A stretch of 64,000 bases of DNA, taken from positions 1,247,520 to 1,311,519 of the forward strand of contig MU004193.1 of NCBI GenBank assembly GCA_010093605.1. The letters run 5' to 3'. The notes under the pieces were generated by a model that had not been told where the DNA came from, ran no database searches, and saw nothing but the letters and a program-made list of their open reading frames with translations. Source of the DNA: Lophium mytilinum. Lineage: Eukaryota. This document shows positions 13,831-26,200 of the stretch, one piece after another; the first letter of the stretch is position 1, and every line of letters starts with the position of its first letter. Made by a program: the position numbers and the translations under genes.

Positions 13831-14640
13831 CTTCGAAATTGAAAATATTTTATGAAACTGGTGGAGAAGAAAGAATGTGAACAACAGAACCAAGCACTTC
13901 GAGGACCTCCGCTGATATTTCTTCCAAAGGTTCTCCCACCATAATGATATAGTTCGATGCTGCGGCTCCACCACCCAAATTCTGTAGATCGAGGCACGGG
14001 GATGAGACGCAAGGTTCCGATCACCCCAAAAAGAAGGCGAAGCATTCGGGATAGAGCCTAGTTGCGACTTGGTTCTATATCCATAACTTCACAGCCGCAA
14101 AAGTTGGTTACACTTATTTCGAATGAAACAAGCTGCGGCACACTCTTGCCTGAAATGTCCCTCATCTAGACTCACTATCACGGCGAGTTAGCGCGGCGTA
14201 TGGACGAAGTTAGCGGTTCTCACGTGCTTCGGGTTACGTGCCTCATCTACGCCGCAACCAAGCCGCCGTTCCAACATCAACTCCATGCGCCTCACCAACG
14301 CCGCAATCAAACCTCTGTTTCAACATGGAATACGTGGAAGTGTGTTCATGTAACGATTGGGCAAGTCCAACCACGCCGCGACTACGCCACTACATCCCAA
14401 AAAGACGTATGACCAGACTTGTAGATAACCGCGTGCGGCGTTGAATATTGGCATCCGGCTGTGAAGCACTGTGCTATTTTCATAGCCCTACCTGGCGGCT
14501 ACTGGGGTGCTATTCTTTGCCGCGAAGACAAAGTTTCCGAAGTCCAGTTTGGAGATATGCTGAAAACCTGTCATGCCCCGGATTATTTATCTGTTTCAGT
14601 GATTCTCTCTCTTTTGCTTCTTCGACCCACACTTTCCACC

Positions 14641-16051
14641 ATGTTTCACCGAGCTATCCTTCTTGCAGGGTTACTCCTCCTTCCTCGTTCTATTTCTGCG
14701 TACAAGATAGACTCCTCATGCACCAAAGCAGGCATCGAAAATGACGTTCGGGATGCTATGACGAGTGCCTTCGAGATGGTAGATTCGTCGATCGCTCGCT
14801 TGAATGATTCCCCGTATACGGTGGAGACTGTGGACCTGATCAGAAGGCTTTTCATTGGGAAGCCCGGCCAACTTCCCACGCAAAGATTTCGAATGACGAA
14901 AGTCAGACAAATTTTCGCGGATATCAAGGAGAACTACGAAGAAGAAATCACAGGCGCTGGAGGGGTGTCCAATAAGGACGTGGTGCGTACCCAGTGCCTT
15001 CTATTCCTATTACTTCTTCGCTCCCATAAAGCGTATTGCATTAGTGCTAAAACGACGAACCGTAGATCATATACTGTGACCTTTCACGCTACAAAGAGTT
15101 CGACAAGAAGAAGGATCTCTGGCTAGATCAAAGTAGGCCTCACCCGTCATTTCGAAACGCTAGCAAGCTTCTCAAAATGCTGACGAGTCGATGATTCCAG
15201 CCACCAAGGAGCTAGTCAAGTATAAGGAGCAACAATGCAAGGGGTCCGTGGCCGACTTCTTTGCATTAGCTGTAACAAGGAATCCAGAAACCTCCGAGGT
15301 AGTCAGCGATGATGATATACCCGATGAAGAGTTGTATTGGGACGAGAAGCCAACCCAAATTCAACTCTGCCCTTGGTTTGTCGATTGGGTCAAATCTAAA
15401 GAATTCAAGACGGCTAGCGATGTCAAGAAGAGAACGAAGATCGGAAGAGTAGTTATCAAGCTAGTAGAAAGTAAAAATTTCGGCTTAAAACAAATAGGTA
15501 TGTCGTTTCGTGCTTTCACACATCGAATGCGTATAGAGAGTGTATCAAAGCTAATGAGCGACTGGCGTAGATGCATTCTCGCTGCTCGATAAAGTCCTTC
15601 TACACGAAATGACGCATGGAAGATCAGCCTGGCTGGCTTACAAAGAAGGAACACGGATCACTGGCACCGCGGATGTAAGCTCTCCCTCAATTCGGTTCTC
15701 TCATCACCCATGCACACAACAATCGTTGACGTCTTCATCAGGTTCGGATACCTTTTCTCGGCGTCTTCGGACAGCCTGCATACGGATGGACAAATGTCAG
15801 GAAACTTGCGCAAAACGGAGAAGATGTCACCGGCGTGACCGACTGGAAGCTCAAGGCAGCGGATAATAACGCAGACTCTTATGCGCTGTTTGGTAGCGGT
15901 AAGTCGTTCTCTCTATGTTCCTGGACAGTCGTGGTGTGAAATGTGAGCAGCTGACATGCCCTAAACAGCGGCCAAATTGCTGGACGACATACTTCCCAAG
16001 CGGGTGGATGACAACGGTAGAATTGTACCTATTGTCTATCAAGGAACTTAG
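14641..16051 (+). CDS. Secreted zinc metalloprotease, M35/deuterolysin (aspzincin)-like, multi-exon
   Basis: Signal peptide MFHRAILLAGLLLLPRSISA. After splicing, DKVLLHEMTH (HEXXH, ~15600) and NNADSYALFG (~15865) motifs. Confidence 0.75.
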
Positions 16052-16142
16052 ACAGCGGTTAGATTGTTGGACGACGTCAAAGGATGTTGCAGCGTGTAGA
16101 GCCGATCTTGTACCATAATAGAGTGTATGGTAGATATTTGTT

Positions 16143-17141
16143 CTAGTATCGACCATATAACTTTCTGTAGGGTCTATGTTGGACCTTGAGCGAAAAGTTG
16201 GTGTCCCCAAGTATAGCCTGGACAGAATCAGGAATGACAAAATTCGTTTCAACCTCAAATGACGGGGCTTTGATGTCCTTGAGCGGTTCCAAAATCGACA
16301 CTAATGCTTCAACATCTGCCGACGCAGGGCCATCTTCTCTCTCTTCATAGGCCTTGACGAGAATCTCAAAGCGTATAGAGCGGATGTTTTGTAGCTTTTG
16401 CAAAGCTTTACAACCGTCGGCCCAATTGATGTAGTTCTCGGGCGGGAAATCTTGGTGCAGCCAGTATGACCTCGGTGTCAAGAACAACGTTGAGACATGC
16501 AAATAACGTATTGCATGCCATTGAGGGGCTGGTACAATTGATCTCATCTCGAGCATGCCTCTTGCGCCTTTCAAGCTGAAATAATTTGCAGTGTACAAGA
16601 TGCCAATCGCATCAGAATAACTATGCAAGAACTCAGTAACGCGACATTAGACCCATAAGCGTCTAGCCTCGATCTCAAGCGTCGGGATTTCGAGATCGGA
16701 CGAAAATCATACATACATTAGACGACAGCTCACGAGCAGAGAAAGTAGTTTGTCGTGGGTCTGAGGCGTACGCCGATGATGCATTCCTCTTTCGTCCTCA
16801 TACTTTCCGAAGCACTTGTGTTGCCAGGTCGGATACGGGCAATCCAGTTCGATGCAGCGACGGTGACCTACGCGCTTTGATCCGTCTTCGTGCGGGACGA
16901 TATGCATTAGCCTAACAGGATCGCCGAGAACCGCTTCATAAATAGCGATGCGTAATTCTGCTGGAAAGCGTTTACCAAACAGTGGCGACTGGGCTTGGTC
17001 ATGGCATGGAGACAGTGTGATTGGCGGTTTCAAAGGCGCATGCACTTGCGGAGGGACCATACCTGGCCTCAATCGGGGCTTTTTGGGCTTTTTGCGTTTT
17101 TTGCGTTCCGTCCGCACTTTCTCGAGAATATGCGCAAACAT
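16143..17141 (-). CDS. Hypothetical fungal protein with F-box-like motif (DUF7730-type), one intron
   Basis: QSPLFGKRFPAELRIAIYEAVLG and LLVSCRLM / YSDAIGILYTANYF motifs typical of this family. Confidence 0.7.
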
Positions 17142-17781
17142 AATTGTTATGGGGATTTCAGTAAATGTTGAGGACAGGTAGAGAAGAGAGAGAAGAGGGA
17201 GGAAAGTTCCTGAAGATTAAATTGTGGCACAGCTAGAGCAGGGCGCTTAACTACTTCGCATCTTGAGCTAAGCTGCATTCAGCAGAGCACGTGATCCTCG
17301 TTGATTTCGCACTGGTGTGTTCACTGAAGTAAGTTGAGTACGTGCCTACACAGGCTAGTGGCTGGTAAAGCTGTAACTCTTTCATTTTTCAAGTCACCGA
17401 AAAGACACGTTATCTTCAACAAAGTATGTTGGCTAGTTCTCATGCGTCCATTCATAATTTTGTTTACACGGGAGAACACTGATTCAGATTCAATGCCCGT
17501 TTCACTAGGACTTACGTTGGACTACCCGGAGACGACAGACGGTCTCACTGCCTCAGAGACTTGCTCAACAGCCCACTCATAACAACTCAACCCATAGATT
17601 CATCACCAATGCAAATTCCTATCCAAACCTCTAGAATACCCAAACACCTGATTCCGGTACAGTCTTCGCCGCCCCCCCGCGCTGCTCCTCCTCTCACACA
17701 GCCCACACCTTACCCCTCTTCCATCCCCATGGAAACTCTCCACACGACTCAATTACTCTCTGCGCATTTTCGCTAGCCAAT

Positions 17782-18486
17782 CTAAATCATCTCCCTCACA
17801 ATCAATCTCTTGTTCTTCTGCCCCGTCAACGCCTTCGCCGCATTATCATTTGGACTCGCATCCCCGAACCCACACCCGCCATCCCTCTCCTGCGCCACCA
17901 CTGCGCCCGCACACTTCCCGCTATTGAACCCACAGCACCCATTCGCGCAGTCGGCATCCGACGTGCACGGGCCGGTGATGAATTGCTTTCCCGCGCCATT
18001 CCCAGCCCCATTACCGCCAGCAGCGGGAGTAGCAGCGGGAGTTGCAGCGGGAGTTGCAGCTGCCGTGGCGGCTGGTGTGGTGGCAGAGACAGCCACTGGG
18101 GAGGGGGCTTGCCCGCGCAGCACTTGGGCGGCGTTGTCGTTGGGCGTGGCGTCCCCGAAGCCGCAACCACCGTCTCGGGTCAGGGCGATGATCGCGCCGG
18201 CGCATTTGCCTGTATTGAAGCCGCAGCAGCCGGAGGCGCAGGAGGCGTCGGACGTGCAGGGACCCGTGATGAATTGGGTGCCGGTGCCTTGGGCGAGGGT
18301 AGGGAGGGAGACTTTGGGACGTCAGTGATTGTGAAGAGTGATGAGATGGGTGCCGTGAGAGAGGTGTCGAGTTCGAAAGAGATATGGGGCGTTCATTGAT
18401 AATGGATTATGTTTTGAGGGGGTTGGGGCGTAAGTAGACATACGATTGAGAAGCACTAAGGCCACAGTCATGAGTTTATACGCCAT
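17782..18486 (-). CDS. Small secreted Cys-rich protein, biotrophy-associated secreted protein 2 (BAS2)-like, two repeats; one intron
   Basis: Signal peptide MAYKLMTVALVLLN(intron)LSLPTLA. Two copies of QFITGPCTSDAxCAxGCCGFNxGKCAGAxxAxxRDGGCGFG separated by an Ala/Thr/Pro linker. Confidence 0.75.
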
Positions 18487-20091
18487 TTCGAGTACTTTAG
18501 AGTGATCGGTCTGGTAAAGTAGAGAATTTGCTAAGAATCGCAGACTCGAAAGAATGTAATAGAAGAAGAAGATGTGAAGGACAGTATTTGAGATCAACTC
18601 AAAGGAATGTAGAGACTAAGAAGAGTGATTAAGAGGAATTGATTGATGTGAATTGAAGCTCTTGGATATTGCTCTCCCAGTGCACATCCTCAGGCTATTA
18701 TATACAGATGTCAGCCTTGTGGAGCCTGAACTAGGAAGTGGCGCCTGGATCTGCTGGCCCCGGTAGCTGGAAACCCCGCTGTCTCGATATGTCAGGCTAG
18801 TTTGGGACTGTATACACCCTGAGACGGGAACTGGCTCAAGTCCCAAACGGGCCGAGCTGGCGCGCGGGCGCCAACGTAGTATTCTGCGAGACTGCGGGCG
18901 CGAGTACTGAATGTAACGGTTGGTCGTCGGCCCCAAAGTGAGGAGATGTGTGCGGCATGATCATGATTATGAATTGAGAGGCCGAAAAAGGAGTGTTGTA
19001 GCAATAGAGAAGGTTGGGGGTTAACGATGGTGAAGTCAGGGGTGCGGACCACCAAAAGATTTCAACCCTCACACGTCACAACTCACCATCCAGAATACAC
19101 TCACTGCAAGAACACAAACTTTCAGACTGCCAAAACTCCATACAAGCCTCGTCGCCAGATGTTCAGTTTCCCCCCTCCCAAAATCCGCTAGACACGATCT
19201 CGGCCGCCATGCGTTTCAAGCCCGCTTCATGCGGCCCCCCTAGCCTTAGTCCGCCGGACTACTCTCTCTCCTCTCTCGCCCTCCTCAGAACGCATAAGAT
19301 TCAAATCTGCCAGCAGGCCTGGCGTGTTCACGTTTTGAGAATCCCCAGTTTCGGTCTTCGGCCGGTCTGACGCTGATCGGGGCCACGAGTGGCTGCGCTA
19401 TGCCTGAGGCCCGGAAACGCTGATCGCCGACTCAGACGGGGCGCGTTGCAGGAGAGCTTGCGCACTCGCCGGTCGCAGATGGGCGAAGAGGGAAGGTAGA
19501 GAGGTAGGTTGTATGGTGCTACGATGTTTGGGGATGGTGTTTGGGAGGGGGTCTAGAGGCTTGATCCTTCGCAGGCTGAAGTGCGGTGTGGTAAGTCGAC
19601 CTAGATAGTAACACCTGCAGTCGCAACAATTTTATCATCTAGTTAACGTTGCGCTTTGCGCAATAACTCATGTTCACCAGTCTAACCATGCTATCATAGA
19701 GCGCGAAGTACTTATTATTTGGAGAATCGCTATCAGACGCTGGAGGTCACGTGCCCATGACCACGTGTAGATAGATCTGGTTATCACCCTTCACACAACC
19801 TTAAGTAAACAACATCTCGTCTTCGCGGAGTCCACTTTTTGAGCTCATAGCCTCGAATTCGACGTCAAGGTGACCTCTGAGACTAAACCTACCGTCTCTT
19901 GGCTACTTGAGGATAGCTGTATTGTATTCTCTATGGCGATGCGGTCGCCTACTGAATATTGCGCCGTTGCGCGTTTCTCAGCCTTGTCGCTGACTGATTC
20001 GCGATATCATCGAGCGTTTCCCGCGCGAAGAAACACCACGCCCTTTAAGCTCACCGAATAAAGGTTGCATGTTCCATATCGAGTCAGAAGA

Positions 20092-23000
20092 ATGTACTCT
20101 ACAAAACCACATGTTGCTACGGCAGATGGTTCATTAGGCGCGTTTCCGGCATCTAGTTAGTTTGCTTTCATTTTATTCCAACACTTCACTGCCTAACTAC
20201 TACTTGCAGGGCCCAATACTTACACATACGGTAATGACGTACGTCAACTTCACCCCGCTCAGACATCGCCTGCCCCAGTTCTCCAGGACGAAATCTCCAA
20301 TGCACCAGACAAGGCTCCAGGCTCCTATCTGCCTCCGCTCCGATACTCTTCTGCACACCAATTTGATACAACTGGACAATTATGTCCATCTGGAATGAAA
20401 CCACGCGTTACAGCAACGCTGTGGGACGACGAAGGGTCTCTTTGCTTCCAAGTGGAAGCCAAAGGAGTCTGTGTCGCAAGGAGGGAAGACAACCACATGA
20501 TAAATGGCACAAAACTGTTGAATGTCGCTGGAATGACGCGTGGCCGGCGAGACGGGATATTGAAATCGGAGAAGACCAGGCATGTGGTGAAGATAGGCCC
20601 TATGCATCTAAAGGGTGTATGGTACGTCTTGTACTCCCTATATGGAGTAATTAGCAACCTACTAATAGTCAAAGGATACCGTTTGAGCGTGCTTTAGATT
20701 TTGCGAATAGGGAAAGGATAACAGAGCAACTTTTTCCTCTTTTCGTTCATGACATTGGTGCTTTTTTGTACCATCCCACAAATCAGCCGCATGCTGGCGT
20801 CGGTGCAGGTGTTAGTCCAAGAATGGCACAGCGGTTTGGAGTTGCAGGGCTAATCTACTAAACAGCACTTTCTCGGCGCCTCCGCGAGCCTCCAGTCGCC
20901 GTTGCAGCATCCCCATCAAGCAATGAGCAACACGCCGCAGCCTTCCCACTCTATTCTACCACATCCTTCGGCTTCGCGACCAGGGCTGGATAGAGCCCAT
21001 CCTTTTCCAACTCCACCCACCAGCGCGTCTAGTATAATAGGCATGGGAAATCAGGGCAGCTCGTCTGCATCTGAGTGGGGCCAGTCGGATTTCCAGTCAA
21101 TGTCTGGAAGCCAATCCCTCAACATAGACACCGGACTAAGCAACACACGCTCTATGCCAGCAACTCCCGTGTCAACCCCGCCGGGCTCGCCGCTCCCACA
21201 TGATTCGCAATGGTGCCCTCCTAGCCAGGGTTACAACAGCAACTGTGCTGTTGTATGGGATGAAATAATTCTAGACGCGGAGGCTATGAGTCTTAAGAAA
21301 CACTCCCTAACTGAAGTCAAAAGGCAAATGGGTCCCCCGGAATTTGCGAACACGTTGAATGAAAGGAAGGCCTTAGAGGTGAAGACCGAGCCGTTGCCTT
21401 CTACGCTTGACTACTCTATCCAAGTGGAACCACCTATGACTTCGAAGGTCGTCGAGTTGGACGATGCTGACGACATCCAACGCCTATCAGACATCCCGGA
21501 TCTCGGTGAAGCAGACTCCTGCGGTGGTGTCACCCAATCTCAGAGAGGGCAATCGGATTTAGACCTTGAAAGCAAAACCAGTCACTTTCAAGCTTCCCCC
21601 ATGATGCAATCAGAACCCAGCACCGCTGGTACAGCCACCTCGGCAACAAACAGTAGTTATGATGAATCTAGTGAAGAAGAGTCATTCGATATACCGGCGC
21701 GAAAAAAACGGATGATCGACCTTGCCATGATGGAGTTCTATCGTATGTTTGATGCAACGTTTGGTATCCGCCAGGTTGCGTCCGGAGAGTCCGCAAAAAG
21801 TGGCGTTGTCAACTGTGTGAATACCTCAAATGGCGAATCTGCGAAACCTCAGAATGCGAAGCGAAAAGCTGCCGACAACAACGGTCGAGATGACGGTGAA
21901 AATGAGGATGATCAGCCACGTAAAAGAAGCAAACCCAGTAATGATGACGACCTGGAATGCCAGAGGAAGCTAGCCTGCCCCTACTTTAAACGCAACCCGC
22001 GAAAATATGGAAATGTTCACTCTTGCCTGGGACCAGGCTGGGTTGCCATTGCTCGTCTGAAGTAGGTTTCGTATTGCCTTTCAAGGGTATAAGATACTTA
22101 CCAGTGCAGAGAACACTTATATCGCCGCCATGCGCTTCCGCCGCAATGTACGCGATGCTGTCAGACGTTCAAGTCCGAAGCCGAGCTGAAAGCACACTCA
22201 AGGATTCCAGAAGGGTGCGAAATTCGAGACGAAGAGCGACTAGAAGGCTTTGATCTAAGTCAGGAGAAGAGACTAAGATCGAAGAAGAGAGGTCTCTTGG
22301 GTGATGCTAGAGAAGACCAGTGGAGGGATGTATATTTGATTCTTTTCCCAGATGCTCTTTTGTCGGAGATTCCGTCGCCTTGTGAGTACTCCATTCTACC
22401 ATTGCGAGAATTACCACGCAGCAAGCTGTGAGCATCAACTAACATATTTGCAGACTACAACTACGATGAAGACTCTGGTCGGCAACCCATCAATTCACCC
22501 TCTTCTGCAGGGTTCGCTCGGTATGACGCGTACCTCCGGCGCGAACTGCCTCAAAGGGTCCGACAAGAACTCGAAGCCGAGATGGAAGAAGAGCTTGGCC
22601 TTGTCGACGAACGATTAAAAAGCCGGTTGTCCACCATTGTTCGTAACTGCCTTGAACAGCTCTGCCAAACATACAAAGGAAAGTCTCCAACTACAGAAGA
22701 AGCCACGGAAGATGAAACACCTGCACCAACCGAACGACTCAATGCGAACTCATTACCAGGCCCATCTATCCTCCACTACGACATGGCGGTCTTCGAGATT
22801 CCTTCGGAGGCGTGCCTAGAGATGTGGGATGATTTCATGGCTTGCTCTGATATAGGTGGAGGGGAGCCATCTGACTCGGCGTACGGTTCTCTTGATCGGG
22901 TTCGAGATTCTGCAATGACGGAAGACACTTCACATATGCCAGAAACAGATGAATCGTGGATGCTGCCGTTCTTCGATTCCCAATCCGAATTTCCACACAT

Positions 23001-23157
23001 GGAGCGGAGGCTATCCTGCCCACCTCCGCACGCCAGCACGGACCATGGAGAGGATCACATTGAGGCTAGGAGTGCAAATATAGGGAAGGGAAAGGGCAAA
23101 GAGAAAGAAAAGTGCGATGCAGACATGTGGTTGGACAAACAGCAAGGCGAGATTTGA
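20092..23157 (+). CDS. stuA: APSES (StuA-type) transcription factor fused to a C-terminal zinc-finger region; multi-exon
   Basis: [71 protein letters not shown]...[15 protein letters not shown] is the StuA APSES domain. Later ACPYFKRNP...RLKEHLYRRH...CTRC...H motif. Exon 1 (20092-20155) phases correctly into exon 2 at 20210. May be a paralog rather than the main stuA. Confidence 0.8.
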
Positions 23158-23295
23158 AGGCGGGTTTCCATAGTGTCACGCAACCAAGACATTCAGAAAG
23201 TATTTGCAATGCGGTACACTATCGTTAGCCCCTCTCTGAGGTCGTCCGGCTTGAACTTATTCCACCCTGTCTTTTGTACCACCTTTACCTCAACC

Positions 23296-26200
23296 CTATT
23301 TCCAGCTCTGCTGTCCACCCGCCCCGCTCGTCTGACTTGCATTTGGCGTCCCAATCTGCGATTGTCTCTGATTCCCGTTATATTGCGTGGGTTGCACGTA
23401 CTGACTTGACTGCGACGTTCGCGCCGAGTTCTGCGAGCCTGGAGTACTGTTGTACGCCACGTAGCCTGTCTCTTGCCCTGTATATTGCGGTTGAGGAACT
23501 GGAGGCGATCGGTAAGGGGGTTGCGGCGGACGAGTATCGAATGGAGCGATTTGTGAAGGAGAGTGCCGCGTTTGCTGTGGCGGAGCTGAATATTGCGGGC
23601 TGCTGTGGTAATTGCTTTGCGGAGGGTTCATACTGTATCGATTGGGCAGAACGGATGCGCGGTTCGTGTCTTCAGCTGGGGGCGAGGCTCTGTATCCCGC
23701 TTGTGGCATCTGGTAAGAAGATTGACGCTGCGGTTGTTCATAGTGGCCTGGAGATCCATCGGTCTCGGAAGGTTGGGAACGATGACGGCCATACATGGAT
23801 GAGTCCTGGCTGACTTGTCTTGGAGGAAACGGTGGAGCGCTTCCATGGGCAGGAGGAGTGTTTGAGTACTGGCGCTGAGGGCTACCGTATCCTTGATTGG
23901 GTCGTACCTGAGGGCGCTCTTGAGAATGCTGGCTACTAGTAGGGTACTGTGATGGCCGGGGCTGTGGAGGATTATTGACAGAGCCTTGGTACGGAGCATA
24001 AGACTGGCCCAAAGGTGCCGTTGGGTAATTTCGTTGAGATGGAATGTTGCCATAAGGATTTGTTCCTAGGTCCGGCCTTAAGTCTCGTTGTGGTAGGCTT
24101 TGGCTTGCGTATGCGGGCATACGGTAGGGCTCAGTGGTAAAAGCTGGGTTCAACCGCGTCCCCGCTGTGCTTTCTGGACGATTTTGCGGCGGGCCGGTTG
24201 TAAGGCTCTGCGGGAGGTGGCCAGGGGCTACCGGCTTGCGTTTAACAGATCGAAAGCGCTTGACACTCGGATTGCGTTTCACTCGAGCCATTGCCTCCTG
24301 AAGCAGCTTTTCAATCTTGGCTTCATCGCTCACTTCATCCTCTAGCTGAAGGTCTGTGACACTTCCTTCAGTATCTCCATCGATGGAACCCTTGTCATCA
24401 CCCTCCCACTCTTCCTCATCTTCTGTATCAGGGTCATCATCACTGTCTTCGGAGTCGGAGTCATCAAGATCTCCCTCATCTTCATCATCGCTGTTGTAAT
24501 CGGCAGGCGCGTTTGCCTGGAGCGCCTCTGTAGGTAGCCCAAGGGTGGGATGTCGGCCGTATACGCTCGCCCCGGCTTTGAGCAGTGCTTCAACACTTGC
24601 CGTTTGTCTGTTATAGCACGACTCCACGAGTGCTTCGTCAAGCATTCGATGAGCAGGTTTCAAGTCCAGTAACGTACCCAGCACATCCTTATGACCTCTT
24701 ACAGCAGCAGCATTGAGAGCGTTCCCATAAAGGCCACCTTTGTTCCTGAAGTCAGCACCATGATTTAGGAGTTTCTTCACAACGTCAACTCGATTAACGC
24801 ATGTAGCAGCCTGAATCGCAGTGCCGTATTTCCCTCCACAGTAGTTCACGTCCACAGCTTTGTCGAGTAAGACATCGATGAACTCCACGTCAGCCTTTAC
24901 GGCAGCGGCTTGTAGCGCGCAACCGTATTTCCCACCTTTAGTGTGAACGCTCGCTCCGCGGTCGAGCAGTAGCTCAAGACTACCAAGATTGTTTCCATAG
25001 GCAGCAGCCTGAACTGCCGAACCTAAACGTCCTCCCTCAAGCTTTACTTCAGCTCCGTGGTCTAAAAGCAGCTGTATGCACTCTTCATTATCTGGCTTCG
25101 ATGCGGCGGCAAGAAGGGCGTTTCCGTGAGCGTCCCCTTTAAGATTTACCTCCGCACCATGAGATAAAAGCAGTTCCATGATGTCTTTGTGTCCCAAAGA
25201 AGCTGCTGCTTGAAGAGGAAAGTCATGCTCCCCGCCTCGGTGATCGATGGTGGCCTCGTGGTCAATCAGCTCTCGCACGACTTCAATATTACCTGAGATG
25301 ACAGCAGCTTGTAGTGCAGAACCATATTGGCCTGCCGTCAACCCAACATCTGCACCTGCGTTCAGTAGCATTCTGACAGTGTCAATGTCGTTACTAGCAT
25401 CGTAAGCGGCAGCTTGCAGTGCTGTGCCGTAGGTGCCGCCAATAGCATTGACATTTGCACCTGCTTTGAGGAGGATCTCACAGCACTCTTTTTCGCTTTC
25501 CCCTGCGGCAGCATGGAGAGCCGTTCCGAGCTCGTCGCTAGACATGTGGATATCGGCGCCTCGGGAGAGAAAGAACTCCAAGCCTTCAGTGTCACCCATC
25601 CATGCTGTATTGATGAGCGCGGTCGTACCCTTGTCGCAAGTAGCATCGATGTCGGCGCCCTTGTCCAAAATCGCCTCGAGATCTTCCTTCACCAAGTTTA
25701 GTCCCGCAAGGGAGATGACCGGGTGATTGTCCTCTCCGCCACGTACATTGACATCGGCATTGTGTTCAAGAAGGACCGTTGTCGTCTCACTATCTCCCTC
25801 GTCTACCGCTGCGATGATGGCGTAACTATGGCAGCCGCCCTCCGCGTTAACGTTGGCGCCATGATCCAGTAATATTTTAATCGTAGAGGCATCTCCGGTC
25901 TTACAAGCGGCTTGTAAAGGGTTCCCATATTTTCCGATGGGGTCGGTATTGACTTCAGCACCATAGTCTAGGAGCAGCTTGACATTGTCGGAGTCGCCAT
26001 GGAAGGCCGCAGCTTGCAAGGCCGTCCCGTAATCTCCTCCGCGCTTGTTCACATCTGCCCCTTTCTCGAGCAGAACCTCAAGAATCTCTTTAGTGCCATC
26101 GTGCGCTGAGGCTGTTAGGGCATTGCCATACCTACCGAAATGTTGTCAATGGGTGTTACTTTCTTGTGGTATTGGAGTACTTACTCAGCTCCCTCGGCGT

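Noticed and set aside
19748..19767. Two CACGTG E-boxes and nearby CGCG motifs upstream of the StuA-like gene
   Set aside because: Short motifs expected by chance; no conservation data to support them.
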